DNA from: Candidatus Cloacimonadales bacterium
GTDB lineage: Bacteria > Cloacimonadota > Cloacimonadia > Cloacimonadales > JAIOQZ01
DNA length: 64,000 bases
Assembly (NCBI GenBank): GCA_963665815.1
Contig: OY762463.1
Coordinates: 1,120,001-1,184,000 of the forward strand
Direction: 5' to 3'
Shown: in pieces, positions 38,347 to 48,902 of the stretch
How positions within the stretch are numbered: the first letter of the stretch is position 1
Layout of the letters: the number at the start of each line of letters is the position of its first letter
Notes under the pieces: generated by a model
The model's input: only the letters and a program-made list of their open reading frames with translations
The model's database searches: none
Told to the model about the DNA's origin: nothing
Position numbers and translations under genes: made by a program

Positions 38347-40349
38347 AACTGAGATACACAATTTTTGCATTGATCAGTGTTTTTATATATACAGGTTTAT
38401 CAGCCTACCTTCCACCTATGAATCTCCATTATGCACTTGAAGATGAGATAAATCTAAGGCTTATGTGGACTGCTCCTGAAGATATCGGTGGTACATACTT
38501 GATGTATCAGGGATTTGAAAATAATCTGATTGATTCCGGCTGGTCTCATAAAAAATCTAACGATCTGACCGGTAATAATCTTGTTGATGTCAGTTCCGGT
38601 ACAAACTCCTGGTTCCAGGTTGATGCTACCTCATTCAACAATCAAGGCACAAATATGATTTACTCAGGAAATCATTCTGCCGGTATCAGATATAATGTCA
38701 ATGGTTTCCACTGGCTTATCTCCGAAGATATTAACCTTTCGGGTAGCAATGTACTCAAGTTCCAGCTCTGGTATAAAAATGCTCCTGAGTATAACTGGAT
38801 AACTGAGTTCCATGTGATGATCTATAACAATCAGCAATGGACTGAACTGCAATCCTATGGTTCATCTTCCCAAAATAATCTGTATCAGCAAATGGAAGAG
38901 ATATCACTTTCAGGTATTACCGGAGCAACAAGAATAGCATTTGTCTATGAAGGGAGCAACGGATTTCAGCTTGCAATTGATGATATAGCCGTAATAGAGC
39001 CCACTTCATCGAGAATCAGCAGATCAGTTGACGGATACAGAATCTACAGAGACGATAGTCTTTATACAGAAGTTGCATCTACAGACACAATGGAATTTAT
39101 TGAGGGTCATGATATAGGTCATTTTATTTACAACGTGACAGCAATTTACGGAACAGAAGAATCTCTACCTTCAAACAGTATTGATATTACAATAACCAAT
39201 GATGAACTGGCCAGACCTGTTAGTTACCTGTCAGCCAATGTAGAAGAAGACTCTTTTATTGAACTCAGATGGATACCACCAAGTGAGCCAGATAATGTTT
39301 TATGGACTTCTGATTTTGAATATGATGAAGCCAACTTCCCTCCACATGATTTATTGATTCTTAAAAACGACGAACCGGAAGGCTACCTTTCGACAATGAT
39401 AGATATTGCTGTTGCAACAGATGAATCCTGGAATATAACAAATACTGAACCATATGATGGTGAGTATTCACTTTTCATAAATCCCGGAGATTTCAGAGAA
39501 TTTTATTTCCTGATTACTGAAGCCAATGAAAGAGATAGTCATGAAGTTCTGAACTTTGAACTTAAGTATTATTCAACAGATGAAATGACTACGGAATTCA
39601 TGGTCAAAGCCATTGTTGATGACAATGACTGGAAAGATTTACTAATCTTCAACAACGAACTCTATAATAACAATTTCGAATATAGAGTATCAGTTCCTCT
39701 GGAGAAGGCAGATGGTGATAATGCAGGAATTGCTTTTATTTACAATAAATTAAGTCATTCTCAAGTCATGATTGACAATGTTTCAATAACTCGTCCTTCT
39801 CTTTCCTTATCGAGAAATGAGCAAAACGGAACAAGAGATGATATCCCTCTTACAGGATATAACATATACATGAAAACAACAGAGGTTGATACATTGATTG
39901 CATCTTTACCGGATACCGTAACCTCTTATGTTATACCAAGAAACAGTATTAGCCAATATAACAACACCCTGTTTTTTGTTACAGCTGTTTATGAGGAATA
40001 TGAATCAAGAAGATCAAACTTCTTTAATACTGCCATGTTTGACACACCAACTAAAGATCCTGATATAAGAAAACCTGAACTGAGAATATCCAATTACCCT
40101 AATCCTTTCAATCCGGAAACAACTATCAGCTATTCTCTGGATTCAGATTCAGAAGTGGACATCACAATATACAATATCAAGGGTCAAAAGGTAAAGACAA
40201 TTGTAAATGATTTCAAAACAAAGGGAAATCACAATGTTATATGGAGAGGTACAGACAATAATGGAGATGCTGTTTCAACCGGAATCTATTTATGCAGAAT
40301 TCAATCTGTCAACAAATCCGGCATCAGTAAAATGCTGCTGATCAAGTAA
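38343..40349 (+). CDS. Secreted protein with FN3-like and cleaved-adhesin/jelly-roll-like modules and a FlgD/Por C-terminal domain
   Basis: Signal peptide; PPMNL..LMWTAP and GYRIYRD...YNVTAIY..ESLPSN FN3 pieces; WLIS and IAFVY..AIDDI; NYPNPFNPET...KMLLIK. Confidence 0.8.
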   Translation: MKLRYTIFALISVFIYTGLSAYLPPMNLHYALEDEINLRLMWTAPEDIGGTYLMYQGFENNLIDSGWSHKKSNDLTGNNLVDVSSGTNSWFQVDATSFNNQGTNMIYSGNHSAGIRYNVNGFHWLISEDINLSGSNVLKFQLWYKNAPEYNWITEFHVMIYNNQQWTELQSYGSSSQNNLYQQMEEISLSGITGATRIAFVYEGSNGFQLAIDDIAVIEPTSSRISRSVDGYRIYRDDSLYTEVASTDTMEFIEGHDIGHFIYNVTAIYGTEESLPSNSIDITITNDELARPVSYLSANVEEDSFIELRWIPPSEPDNVLWTSDFEYDEANFPPHDLLILKNDEPEGYLSTMIDIAVATDESWNITNTEPYDGEYSLFINPGDFREFYFLITEANERDSHEVLNFELKYYSTDEMTTEFMVKAIVDDNDWKDLLIFNNELYNNNFEYRVSVPLEKADGDNAGIAFIYNKLSHSQVMIDNVSITRPSLSLSRNEQNGTRDDIPLTGYNIYMKTTEVDTLIASLPDTVTSYVIPRNSISQYNNTLFFVTAVYEEYESRRSNFFNTAMFDTPTKDPDIRKPELRISNYPNPFNPETTISYSLDSDSEVDITIYNIKGQKVKTIVNDFKTKGNHNVIWRGTDNNGDAVSTGIYLCRIQSVNKSGISKMLLIK

Positions 40350-41262
40350 CCGGAATATCTTTTACAGTTTTACTTGTTTTTAAATTTGCAGCTGCAATAT
40401 ATCCTCTTTCGATGATTTCTTTTCCTTTATGGAAATCGAATAATGAAAATTCTGCAACATCAGGTTCTATATAAATATCAGGTTTATACAATTTCATAGT
40501 CAGTTCAATAATTCTTGTTTGAGTAATTTCTGTTGATCTCATCATTATTTTCTTAGCTCCGGGTACATCATTTTCTTTCTTTAACTGTTCCTTAAGCATC
40601 TGAGAGTTTATTCCAAAGCTGTCAAGCTTGTCCAGCAGACTTATTAGCGCAGCATTCTTTTTTACGGGTGCTTTTACCTTCACTGGTTTGTTAATCACAT
40701 TCACGGCAATAATCGGATCACTAAAGGATTCACTGGCAATGTTTACAGGAAGTGGATTAACAAGACCTCCATCAACCAGTATTCCCGAATCTCTAATTAC
40801 AGGCTCAAACACCAATGGTATAGATATACTTGCCCTGATTGCATCAATGATTCTCCCCTTGCAAAAAACAACTTCATTTCCACTGTTAATATCTGTTGAT
40901 ACAGCTTTGAATGGTATTTTCAGTTCTTCAATATTTATATCTCCAAACAGTGATTGTAAATATTCTTCAACTTTTTTCCCTGACGTGATTCCACTTTTAG
41001 AGATTGTTGGCGAAAACAAATTAACAACCTGTTTAAGGTCAATTTTAAGAGCAATATTCTCTATTTCCGATACAGTTTTACCATGAGCATACAAACCACC
41101 TAGTAAAGCCCCTATACTGGTACCGGTAACGGATGTAACTTGTATATTATTCTCTTCCAGCCACCTGAGAACACCGATATGAGATAATCCTTTGGCTCCT
41201 CCACCTCCCAATACAAGAGATGCTCCGGAAGAGAAGAGATGCAAATCAATTTTATTATTCAT
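40342..41262 (-). CDS. Patatin-like phospholipase
   Basis: GGGGAKG, GTSIG (GxSxG), ASISIP, DGG. Confidence 0.92.
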   Translation of the reverse strand: MNNKIDLHLFSSGASLVLGGGGAKGLSHIGVLRWLEENNIQVTSVTGTSIGALLGGLYAHGKTVSEIENIALKIDLKQVVNLFSPTISKSGITSGKKVEEYLQSLFGDINIEELKIPFKAVSTDINSGNEVVFCKGRIIDAIRASISIPLVFEPVIRDSGILVDGGLVNPLPVNIASESFSDPIIAVNVINKPVKVKAPVKKNAALISLLDKLDSFGINSQMLKEQLKKENDVPGAKKIMMRSTEITQTRIIELTMKLYKPDIYIEPDVAEFSLFDFHKGKEIIERGYIAAANLKTSKTVKDIPVT

Positions 41263-41466
41263 TTTAACTCCCTATCCTGAAAAAAAGATGTTCTGAAAAG
41301 CTGTCAATACAGATATAGATTAATATTCTTTGAATTTATATCTTAACAAAATAATAGTTCCTGACAATAAAAGTATTCTTGACAATTTTTGTAATATTGT
41401 TAAGTTTTAATGTGTAAAGAAAATTATTTCATACATACATAACTTCCCATCACTTAAGGAGACAAG

Positions 41467-43026
41467 ATGAAAAGACTTTTATTGTTTTTCATAGTATTTT
41501 CCATTATTTTAGCTGGCTGTGCAGACAGAAAAGCTGAAAAACTTAATAAATCCCTTGTAAAGGCTGTTCAAGATAATAACCCTGAAGAAGTTTCAGCTCT
41601 CCTGAAATCAGGTGCAAGCTTAAGCTCTAAATCAGAAGAAGGTATGACTGTGTTAATGATTGCTTCCCAGAAAAACTACCTTGAGATTGTGAAACTGCTT
41701 GTTAGTCACGGTGCAGACGTTAATGAGAATCCTCTTTTCTCCGGGGATGAAACAGCTTTAAAAAAAGCACTTCTATACAACAACATGGAAGTTGCTCAAT
41801 ACCTTAAAGATCATGGAGCTGACGTTGACGCAGCAGACAAATCAGGTAATACTATTCTTATGCTTGAAGTAAAGTATGCTGCAAGACCGACGATAATCAA
41901 ATGGCTTATAGAAAATGGAGCAGATGCTTCGAGAAGAAACGATGAAGGCTTGAGCGCTCTTGACTTTGCAACGGAAAGAAACGATTTTTCCATAACAAAA
42001 CTCCTGCTGGATAAAGGTACGGAAATTACAAATGATAATCTATCAGAGCTTAATGAAAAATTGTGGGAAGCCCTTAAAGATAACAATCTGGAAACGGCAA
42101 AGCTTATTCTGAAAAAAATAACGGATGTCAATGCTGTTAACAACGAAGGTAAATCAGTTCTAATGTGCTCAATTGATCTGGATAACCCGGGAGCTACTGA
42201 CCTTTTACTGCGCAACAAGGCAAGTATTGAAACAGAGAATGTTAACGGAAACACCTGCCTTTCTTATGCCGTGTTCAAAAATAAAGATGATGTAATTATT
42301 AATAAACTGCTTAAATATGGTGCTAATGTAAATACTGCAAACTATGATGGTTTAACACCACTTATGCTTGCAGCTCTCAATAAAAACTATGAGCTGGCAA
42401 AACTTATGATTGATTATGGGGCAGATGTGAATGCGGTAGACGCTATAGGAAGAACTGCTCTCATGCTTTGCAGTATTGATCCTAAAACAGAATTTCATGA
42501 CACTCATAAACCTTCAAATGAATTCAGTAAAACCGCCAGACTTCTGCTGAACAGCGGAGCAAAGATAAATATCAAAGACAGAACAAAATCTGATGCTCTT
42601 TCCTACGCTCTTCGTTATCACAGAACAGGCTGTGCAAAACTTCTCATTGAGAAGGGAGCAGATATATCAACTCTTGTCCCGGATAAGTACAGAAACAAAT
42701 ATCCGGCTATTGTCTGGGCATCAAGAAAACACTTCTCAAATGCGGATTATGCTCCTATTTTGAAATCACTCGTTGAGAAGAAAGCAGATGTAAATGTTCG
42801 CAGCTCTAATGGTACAACAGCGTTAATCGAGCAGACTAAAAGGAATAATCTTGATTTGATTCAATATCTGCTTGATAACAATGCTGATGTTACAGTTGCA
42901 GATAATGACGGAACAACAGCTCTGGACATAGCTAAGAGAAACAACTTTACGAAAGCTGCAGAAATATTGCAGAAAGCCCTGGATAAAAAACTTAAAGAAG
43001 AAGAAGAAAAGAGTCAGCAACAATAA
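41467..43026 (+). CDS. Ankyrin-repeat lipoprotein
   Basis: Lipobox LAGC; many GxTxL..A...LL..GADVN repeats. Confidence 0.9.
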   Translation: MKRLLLFFIVFSIILAGCADRKAEKLNKSLVKAVQDNNPEEVSALLKSGASLSSKSEEGMTVLMIASQKNYLEIVKLLVSHGADVNENPLFSGDETALKKALLYNNMEVAQYLKDHGADVDAADKSGNTILMLEVKYAARPTIIKWLIENGADASRRNDEGLSALDFATERNDFSITKLLLDKGTEITNDNLSELNEKLWEALKDNNLETAKLILKKITDVNAVNNEGKSVLMCSIDLDNPGATDLLLRNKASIETENVNGNTCLSYAVFKNKDDVIINKLLKYGANVNTANYDGLTPLMLAALNKNYELAKLMIDYGADVNAVDAIGRTALMLCSIDPKTEFHDTHKPSNEFSKTARLLLNSGAKINIKDRTKSDALSYALRYHRTGCAKLLIEKGADISTLVPDKYRNKYPAIVWASRKHFSNADYAPILKSLVEKKADVNVRSSNGTTALIEQTKRNNLDLIQYLLDNNADVTVADNDGTTALDIAKRNNFTKAAEILQKALDKKLKEEEEKSQQQ

Positions 43027-43029
43027 CAT

Positions 43030-44478
43030 ATGAACATACAATGTCGATTGAATTGGCTGTATAAACTAGTATTGATAATTTCAGCATCATTAGTTATGTA
43101 TAGCTGTGCAAAAGGTGATATTAATTCAAAACTGATAGACTCAGTCAAAAAACATGATATCAAAGCAGTTACGAACTGTCTTCATAAAGAAGCGGATCCT
43201 GACGCCAGAGATCCCAGAAAGAAATACACAGCCCTGCATCATGCAATTAGTTCACAGTCTTTTGATATATGCAAAATACTTCTCGATGCGGGAGCTGATC
43301 CTAATCTGACAAGCCCATATATTGGATCACCGCTCAACCACAGTTATAAATCAAATCAAGTTCATATTGCCAGACTTCTTCTAGAGAAGGGAGCTGATCT
43401 TGAAGAAAAAAACAGTAGTGGTGAATCTTTCATACTACAGGAAATGCTGAAAGATAAACGCCATGAATGGATTAAACTTTTTGTTGAATACAATGCAGAT
43501 TTAAATGTGAAAAATGAAAAACTCCTCTCCCCTCTCAGACTTGCTGTTCAAAGCGATGATTCTTTGCTGACTGATCTTTTTCTAAACAGTAATGCAAAAA
43601 TAAATGAAGCCGATACCCTTAACGGATCGCTAATGTGGTCTGCACTTGAATCCGGCAACATTGTAATTGCTGAACTATTAATTTCCTATGGTGCTAACAT
43701 TCATAACAGCAATAATATGGGGAACAATCTTCTGATGCATGAACTGACTAATAGTGCGAGGACAGAGATTATCAGTTTTCTTATAAGAAACGGTATTGAT
43801 GTTAATCAGAAAAACAGGGATGGTATGACCGCATTAATGATTGCAGCCTTAAACAGACATCCACATGCAGTTCAAACTCTCATCAACAATGGAGCAAAAG
43901 TCAACGATGTAAACGGACTCAACATGACTGCCTTGATGATGACCTGCATTGATATGAAAAAGAAAACACAGAAAGAATACCTGAATCCTGAAGGTAATCT
44001 TGAATCAGCTATTATTCTTGTTGAGTCAGGAGCTGATATAAACAAAATAGACCGATTGGAGTTTAATGCCTTAAGCTATGCTCTTCTTAATAACGAAGTG
44101 GAGTTAGCAGTATACCTTCTTAGAAATGGTGCAGATGTGAACACTAAAGTTGTGGACAACCGTAACAATGAATACACAGCCTTAGTCTGGTCATCCAGAA
44201 AAGTATACTTCAGTAACAACTTCCAGTACATTTCGAAACTGCTTATATCACTTGGTGCTGATATAAACACTCAATGTGCTGATGGTACAACAGCTCTGAT
44301 GGAAGAAACCCGTAAAGGTAATTTTGATATGATCTATCTTTTACTGGAAAATGGAGCAGATGTGACATTGAAAAATTCTGAAGATGAGACTGCTCTAGAT
44401 ATTGCTAAATTCTATGGAAAGTTTGATGTTATTAATTTGTTAAAAGAAGCAGAAAAGGATAGTACTCTCTTCAAATAG
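43030..44478 (+). CDS. Ankyrin-repeat lipoprotein (paralog of the upstream gene)
   Basis: Lipobox-like MYSC; ankyrin repeats; shares ALSYAL, WxSRKxxFSN, GTTALxExT and TALDIAK with the upstream gene. Confidence 0.88.
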   Translation: MNIQCRLNWLYKLVLIISASLVMYSCAKGDINSKLIDSVKKHDIKAVTNCLHKEADPDARDPRKKYTALHHAISSQSFDICKILLDAGADPNLTSPYIGSPLNHSYKSNQVHIARLLLEKGADLEEKNSSGESFILQEMLKDKRHEWIKLFVEYNADLNVKNEKLLSPLRLAVQSDDSLLTDLFLNSNAKINEADTLNGSLMWSALESGNIVIAELLISYGANIHNSNNMGNNLLMHELTNSARTEIISFLIRNGIDVNQKNRDGMTALMIAALNRHPHAVQTLINNGAKVNDVNGLNMTALMMTCIDMKKKTQKEYLNPEGNLESAIILVESGADINKIDRLEFNALSYALLNNEVELAVYLLRNGADVNTKVVDNRNNEYTALVWSSRKVYFSNNFQYISKLLISLGADINTQCADGTTALMEETRKGNFDMIYLLLENGADVTLKNSEDETALDIAKFYGKFDVINLLKEAEKDSTLFK

Positions 44479-44668
44479 TTTCCACAAACTGTCTGATAAT
44501 AAGTAACAAAACTTAACTGAATAAAATTCATATAAAATTTTCAATGAAAATAAGCTTTTATTTGCAATTTTTCTGTTTTCAATTATAATAATAACAGATT
44601 TATAATATTAATTCTAAAAAAAGTATACTCATTTTATTATCATTTAAAAATAAATATAAGGAGAAAAC

Positions 44669-45091
44669 ATGCAATTTGCGCGTAAAACAATTTTATTGAT
44701 TATTTTGCTGATGCTGATGACAACTATACTGAATGCCAAAATAATCATAATCATTAACAAAGGCTCAGACATTAAGGTACTTCCTAAACCGGCTGCTAAA
44801 GCTATTTTCATGGGAGAACTTAAATCTCTTAAGGGGATTGATGAGTTAGTTGTAACAATCCAGAGTGACACAGACTCACACAGTGGTTTCCTTCAGGAGT
44901 ATATCGGTTCAACATCTTCTGATTTCAAAAAGCACTGGGAAAAGATGATCTACACAGGAAAAGCAATGGAACCTGAAGTAATGAATTCTGATCAAGAAGT
45001 AATTGATTATGTAAAAGCTAACAAAGGGGCTATTGGGTATATTGATGTTAAGTCACTGGACGACAGTGTAAAAGCTGTAATGGTAAATTAA
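44669..45091 (+). CDS. Small PstS-like periplasmic binding-domain protein
   Basis: Signal peptide; IIINK..AIFMG..WEKMIYTGKA.P..SDQEVIDYVKANKGAIGYID. Confidence 0.75.
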   Translation: MQFARKTILLIILLMLMTTILNAKIIIIINKGSDIKVLPKPAAKAIFMGELKSLKGIDELVVTIQSDTDSHSGFLQEYIGSTSSDFKKHWEKMIYTGKAMEPEVMNSDQEVIDYVKANKGAIGYIDVKSLDDSVKAVMVN

Positions 45092-45100
45092 GGAGAACAA

Positions 45101-46324
45101 ATGAAAAGAATAACAATATTATCAATGCTTTTTATCTGCATGTCGTTTTCTCTATTCGCTTTTGGCAGCAAAAATGATGTTAAAATCCGTGGATATGTAT
45201 CTCAAGGATACCTGTATTCAGATGAAAACAATTTTAACGCAAAGACTTCTGAAGGAACATTTCATTTCAATGAAATAGGAATCAACTTCCAGAAAAAAAT
45301 ATCAAGAAAACTCCATGTAGGTCTCCAGCTCTCATCCAGAGATCTTGGAAACATGGAAAATAATACCGTCAGAATAGACTGGGCTTTTGCTGATTATCAA
45401 TGGAAACCATATCTTGGTGTTCGCGTTGGTAAAGCTAAAGTTCCTGTTGGAATGATGTCTGAATATTGGGACCTTGATATGGTTAGAACCAATATCTTCC
45501 TTCCACTTGGAGTATATCCAGAAACTTTCAGAGATGTGTTTATGACAAACAGAGGTTTAGGACTCTATGGAAGTCGTAACTTTGGAAGTTTTGGTAATTT
45601 CAAATATAATATGATGATAGGTAGTGATGAAATTGACACTGAAGGTACTTTTGGAAGATATGTTTCAAGTGATTTGCAAACTCTTGATATGAGATATAAA
45701 ATCAATGCCAATATTGCATGGGAGACTCCTCTGAAAGGACTTGAAGTCAGTGGTTCATATATTCAGGGAGATTTCAAATATGCTCTTCCGGATCCTGCTG
45801 ATACTTTAAAGTCAATTGAGTCACACGTTAGACCTGAAGTATATATTGCATCTGCAAAATTCAATTACAAAAACTTTAATATTTCAGGAGAATATCTCTT
45901 ACTTGATATCAACCAGCTTAGACATTTCCATAGAACATTACCTCTTCCATCATTTGATTTTGTAGAAGTTGATCTGGCTCCGGATACAAAATCAATGGGA
46001 TTTTATGGAAAAGTTGATTATAGAATTAATGATATGTTTGAAATTGGTGCATATTATACTGAGTTTTATCCAAATGAAGATGATAAAGATGGTAAAAAAA
46101 TTCCAGAAAATCCTACAAAAGCATGGTCTCAAATCGAGGAATACGGATGGCAGAAAGATATTTGTCTTTCCCTGAGAACAGACTTAATGTCTTCCTGGAT
46201 AATTAAAACTGAAGTACATAAAATGAATGGTACTGCCAGCCTTTTTGAAGTTGACCAGGAAAACTCCCTTAAAGTAAAAAAAGATTGGTACCTGTTTGCC
46301 GCAAAACTGACATACCTTTTCTAA
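45101..46324 (+). CDS. Outer-membrane porin-like beta-barrel protein
   Basis: Signal peptide; IRGYVSQGY, IDWAFADY, VRVGKAKVPVG; C-terminal KLTYLF. Confidence 0.8.
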   Translation: MKRITILSMLFICMSFSLFAFGSKNDVKIRGYVSQGYLYSDENNFNAKTSEGTFHFNEIGINFQKKISRKLHVGLQLSSRDLGNMENNTVRIDWAFADYQWKPYLGVRVGKAKVPVGMMSEYWDLDMVRTNIFLPLGVYPETFRDVFMTNRGLGLYGSRNFGSFGNFKYNMMIGSDEIDTEGTFGRYVSSDLQTLDMRYKINANIAWETPLKGLEVSGSYIQGDFKYALPDPADTLKSIESHVRPEVYIASAKFNYKNFNISGEYLLLDINQLRHFHRTLPLPSFDFVEVDLAPDTKSMGFYGKVDYRINDMFEIGAYYTEFYPNEDDKDGKKIPENPTKAWSQIEEYGWQKDICLSLRTDLMSSWIIKTEVHKMNGTASLFEVDQENSLKVKKDWYLFAAKLTYLF

Positions 46325-46350
46325 TCATTTTTATTTGTGTGTCTGATTAT

Positions 46351-46379
46351 GGCTGCTGAATAACTTCAGCAGCTTTTTT
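46351..46379 (+). terminator. Rho-independent terminator
   Basis: GCTGCTGAA-TAAC-TTCAGCAGC-TTTTTT. Confidence 0.8.
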
Positions 46380-46478
46380 ATTGCAACTTTTACAGTATTA
46401 CTCAGTTATTGTTTCAAAGAGTCAATTTTGATTGTGGCTCTACGTCATCACATATATAATGAATCAACAGGAGTATAT

Positions 46479-47303
46479 ATGAAGATAAATACGCGTAACT
46501 TTTTTTTATTATTGATTGTTGTATTTTTGATTGGTTGTGATTTTGTTGATACCGAACCTGTCAGAAAAAGACGTTCCAGAGGAGGTTTATCCGGTGCTGC
46601 AAAGAAAGCTAGTGATGACTATTCAGGAGAACGGGTTGTCGAAGAAGAATACAAAAGAGAAAAAAAAAATCATCATAGACATCATAATGACTGTGATGAG
46701 GACGAAGAGAATGAAACAACTACAAGCACTGTTGACACAAGTCTTCCTATTGAATCAATTTTCATCAAACCCTACTATTCCAATGGTATCATGACTCTTA
46801 ACTCTCAAACGGATTATATGAAGTTTGGTCTTGATTTTGGTATGAATATGGAAAAGAACTCAGTCGCATTTGATATTGGAATGGGTCCAGTGAATCTGCT
46901 CAGCAGTAATAAACTGACAGATGGTTTTAAAAAAGACATGTTCAAGATAGATTTAAATATCGGTATGAGAAAACCTTTCACATCTGATCACACATTTCTT
47001 GGTGGTCATTTCCTCTTTGGAGGTGGTTTGAGCATTCTGTCCTACAGGTTCAAAAACTCTTTGAAGGTAGAAGACTACGAAGGTGATCTGGAAACAATAA
47101 ACAGTGATTTCCTCACCGGAATAAATATTTACACAGGGCTTGGAGGACTTATCTTCAATCCTGAAAAAACAAAAATATCTCTTGATATTCAAGCGGGAGT
47201 AATTCTATGGAATGAGACAACATTTCAGGATTTTGAGAACGATGTATTTGATCCATCGGCTTACCTGCTTTTTAAATTCGGACCACTTTTTGAGTTTGAC
47301 TAA
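46479..47303 (+). CDS. Hypothetical lipoprotein with a C-terminal beta-strand-rich domain
   Basis: AGGAG SD; lipobox LIGC; His/acidic linker HHRHHNDCDEDEE; amphipathic strands. Confidence 0.65.
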   Translation: MKINTRNFFLLLIVVFLIGCDFVDTEPVRKRRSRGGLSGAAKKASDDYSGERVVEEEYKREKKNHHRHHNDCDEDEENETTTSTVDTSLPIESIFIKPYYSNGIMTLNSQTDYMKFGLDFGMNMEKNSVAFDIGMGPVNLLSSNKLTDGFKKDMFKIDLNIGMRKPFTSDHTFLGGHFLFGGGLSILSYRFKNSLKVEDYEGDLETINSDFLTGINIYTGLGGLIFNPEKTKISLDIQAGVILWNETTFQDFENDVFDPSAYLLFKFGPLFEFD

Positions 47304-47312
47304 GGAGAAAAT

Positions 47313-48296
47313 ATGCATTTCCTAATTATTGGTGGAAAAAAATTTCTGGGTAAACATATCGTAGGGCAACTGATTGCAAAAGGACATAATGTAACTATGT
47401 TCAACAGAGGAAAAACTAATCCTGATTTGTTCAGCGAAGTTAAAACTATTCAGGGAGACAGAGATTGTGATCTTGAAAAACTAAAAAATATTAGCGCGGA
47501 TGTTGTCATTGATACTTGTGCTTACTTTCCGAATCAGGTTACTGAACTTCTAAAAGTAGTAAAATCCAATATCAAACACTACATTATAATATCTTCAGTA
47601 TCTGTTTATCAGGATTTCAAAATATGCAATATCAATGAGGATTATCCGGTTGGTACAATAGAAGATGAAAAAACAAGAGAGATTACAGGTGAAACCTATG
47701 GTCCTCTTAAAGCACTTTGCGAAAATAAGGCGTTCTCTGAATTTGATAATGTTACTGTTGTTCGTCCAGGGTTAATCTGCGGACCAGATGATCCTTCTGA
47801 CAGATTTACCTACTGGCCGGTAATTATGCAACGAGCAGACAGTATTATAGCCCCCGACAGTGAAGATAACATCCAGTTCATAGATGTACGTGATCTTGCT
47901 GAATGGATAATTAACCTTGCTGAAAATTGTATCACGGGAACATTTAATGCTACGGGACCGGAAAATCCCCTTAAAATAAATGAGTTTCTACTGCATTGCA
48001 GAACAATAGTAAATCCTGATGTTGAGATTGTATTCAAAGACCAGAGTTTTCTTACAAAAAACGAAATCATGCCATGGTCAGATATTCCTGCCTGGATTCC
48101 TGCTGAAGGAGACTATACAGGATTTTCTGAGATTGATGTCTCAAGGGCAGTTAAAAACGGACTTAAATTCCGAGATTATAGCGAAACAATCAGAGATACA
48201 CTGAACTGGTACAAGGCAAATTTTAATGAGGACTCAGAACTTAAAAGCGGATTAAATCCCGGGAGAATTCAGTCTCTGCTTGAACAAGAAACCTAA
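47313..48296 (+). CDS. NAD-dependent epimerase/dehydratase (atypical SDR)
   Basis: IIGGKKFLG, FNRGKT, ISSVSVY, YGPLKALCE, RPGLICGP, FIDVRDLA. Confidence 0.88.
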   Translation: MHFLIIGGKKFLGKHIVGQLIAKGHNVTMFNRGKTNPDLFSEVKTIQGDRDCDLEKLKNISADVVIDTCAYFPNQVTELLKVVKSNIKHYIIISSVSVYQDFKICNINEDYPVGTIEDEKTREITGETYGPLKALCENKAFSEFDNVTVVRPGLICGPDDPSDRFTYWPVIMQRADSIIAPDSEDNIQFIDVRDLAEWIINLAENCITGTFNATGPENPLKINEFLLHCRTIVNPDVEIVFKDQSFLTKNEIMPWSDIPAWIPAEGDYTGFSEIDVSRAVKNGLKFRDYSETIRDTLNWYKANFNEDSELKSGLNPGRIQSLLEQET

Positions 48297-48901
48297 GCGT
48301 CAGTTTCTTCCAGATTTTTAAAATATTCTATGATGAATGGAATCATCTTCTTGAGTGCTCTTCCTCTGTGGCTGATTTCATTCTTTGCTTCATCAGTCAT
48401 CTCACCAAAAGTAAGACCGGTTTCAGTTGATCTGAATATTGCATCATAGCCAAAACCCTTTACTCCTATCTCTCTGTCTGTAATCTCTCCTTCTACCCTG
48501 CCTTCAGTAACATGGATTACTTCTTCAGGAGAGCAAAATGCTGCAACAGTTATAAATCTGGCGGACCTGTTATTCTGATTCTGCATTTCTTCAAGCATCT
48601 TATCTCTATTATCCTTATATGAGCAATCAGCTCCGGCATATCGAGCAGAAAAAACTCCTGGTTGACCATCAAGAGCATCCACAAATAGTCCTGTATCATC
48701 AGCAAGAGTGTATACTCCTGTAAACTCGGCTGTTTCCTGTGCTTTTTTTCTGGCATTGCCTTCCAGAGTATCGCAATCCTCAACAACTTCCGGCATATCA
48801 TCAAAAGAAATCATTGAAACAACATCTATATCTGTTCCTGAAAACAATTGCTTTATTTCTTTCAGTTTATCATTATTTCTTGTAGCTAACAACAGTTTCA
48901 T
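48293..48901 (-). CDS. rdgB: dITP/XTP pyrophosphatase (Ham1 family)
   Basis: LATRNNDK, ADDTGLFVDALDGQPGVFSARYAG, GFGYD, KNEISHRGRAL. Confidence 0.95.
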   Translation of the reverse strand: MKLLLATRNNDKLKEIKQLFSGTDIDVVSMISFDDMPEVVEDCDTLEGNARKKAQETAEFTGVYTLADDTGLFVDALDGQPGVFSARYAGADCSYKDNRDKMLEEMQNQNNRSARFITVAAFCSPEEVIHVTEGRVEGEITDREIGVKGFGYDAIFRSTETGLTFGEMTDEAKNEISHRGRALKKMIPFIIEYFKNLEETDA

Positions 48902-48902
48902 A

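Noticed and set aside
23406-48901. psuG, MazG-like and rdgB as a nucleotide-sanitising or anti-phage cluster
   Set aside because: They are spread over 25 kb in separate transcription units and are common housekeeping genes; no defence-system partners were recognised.
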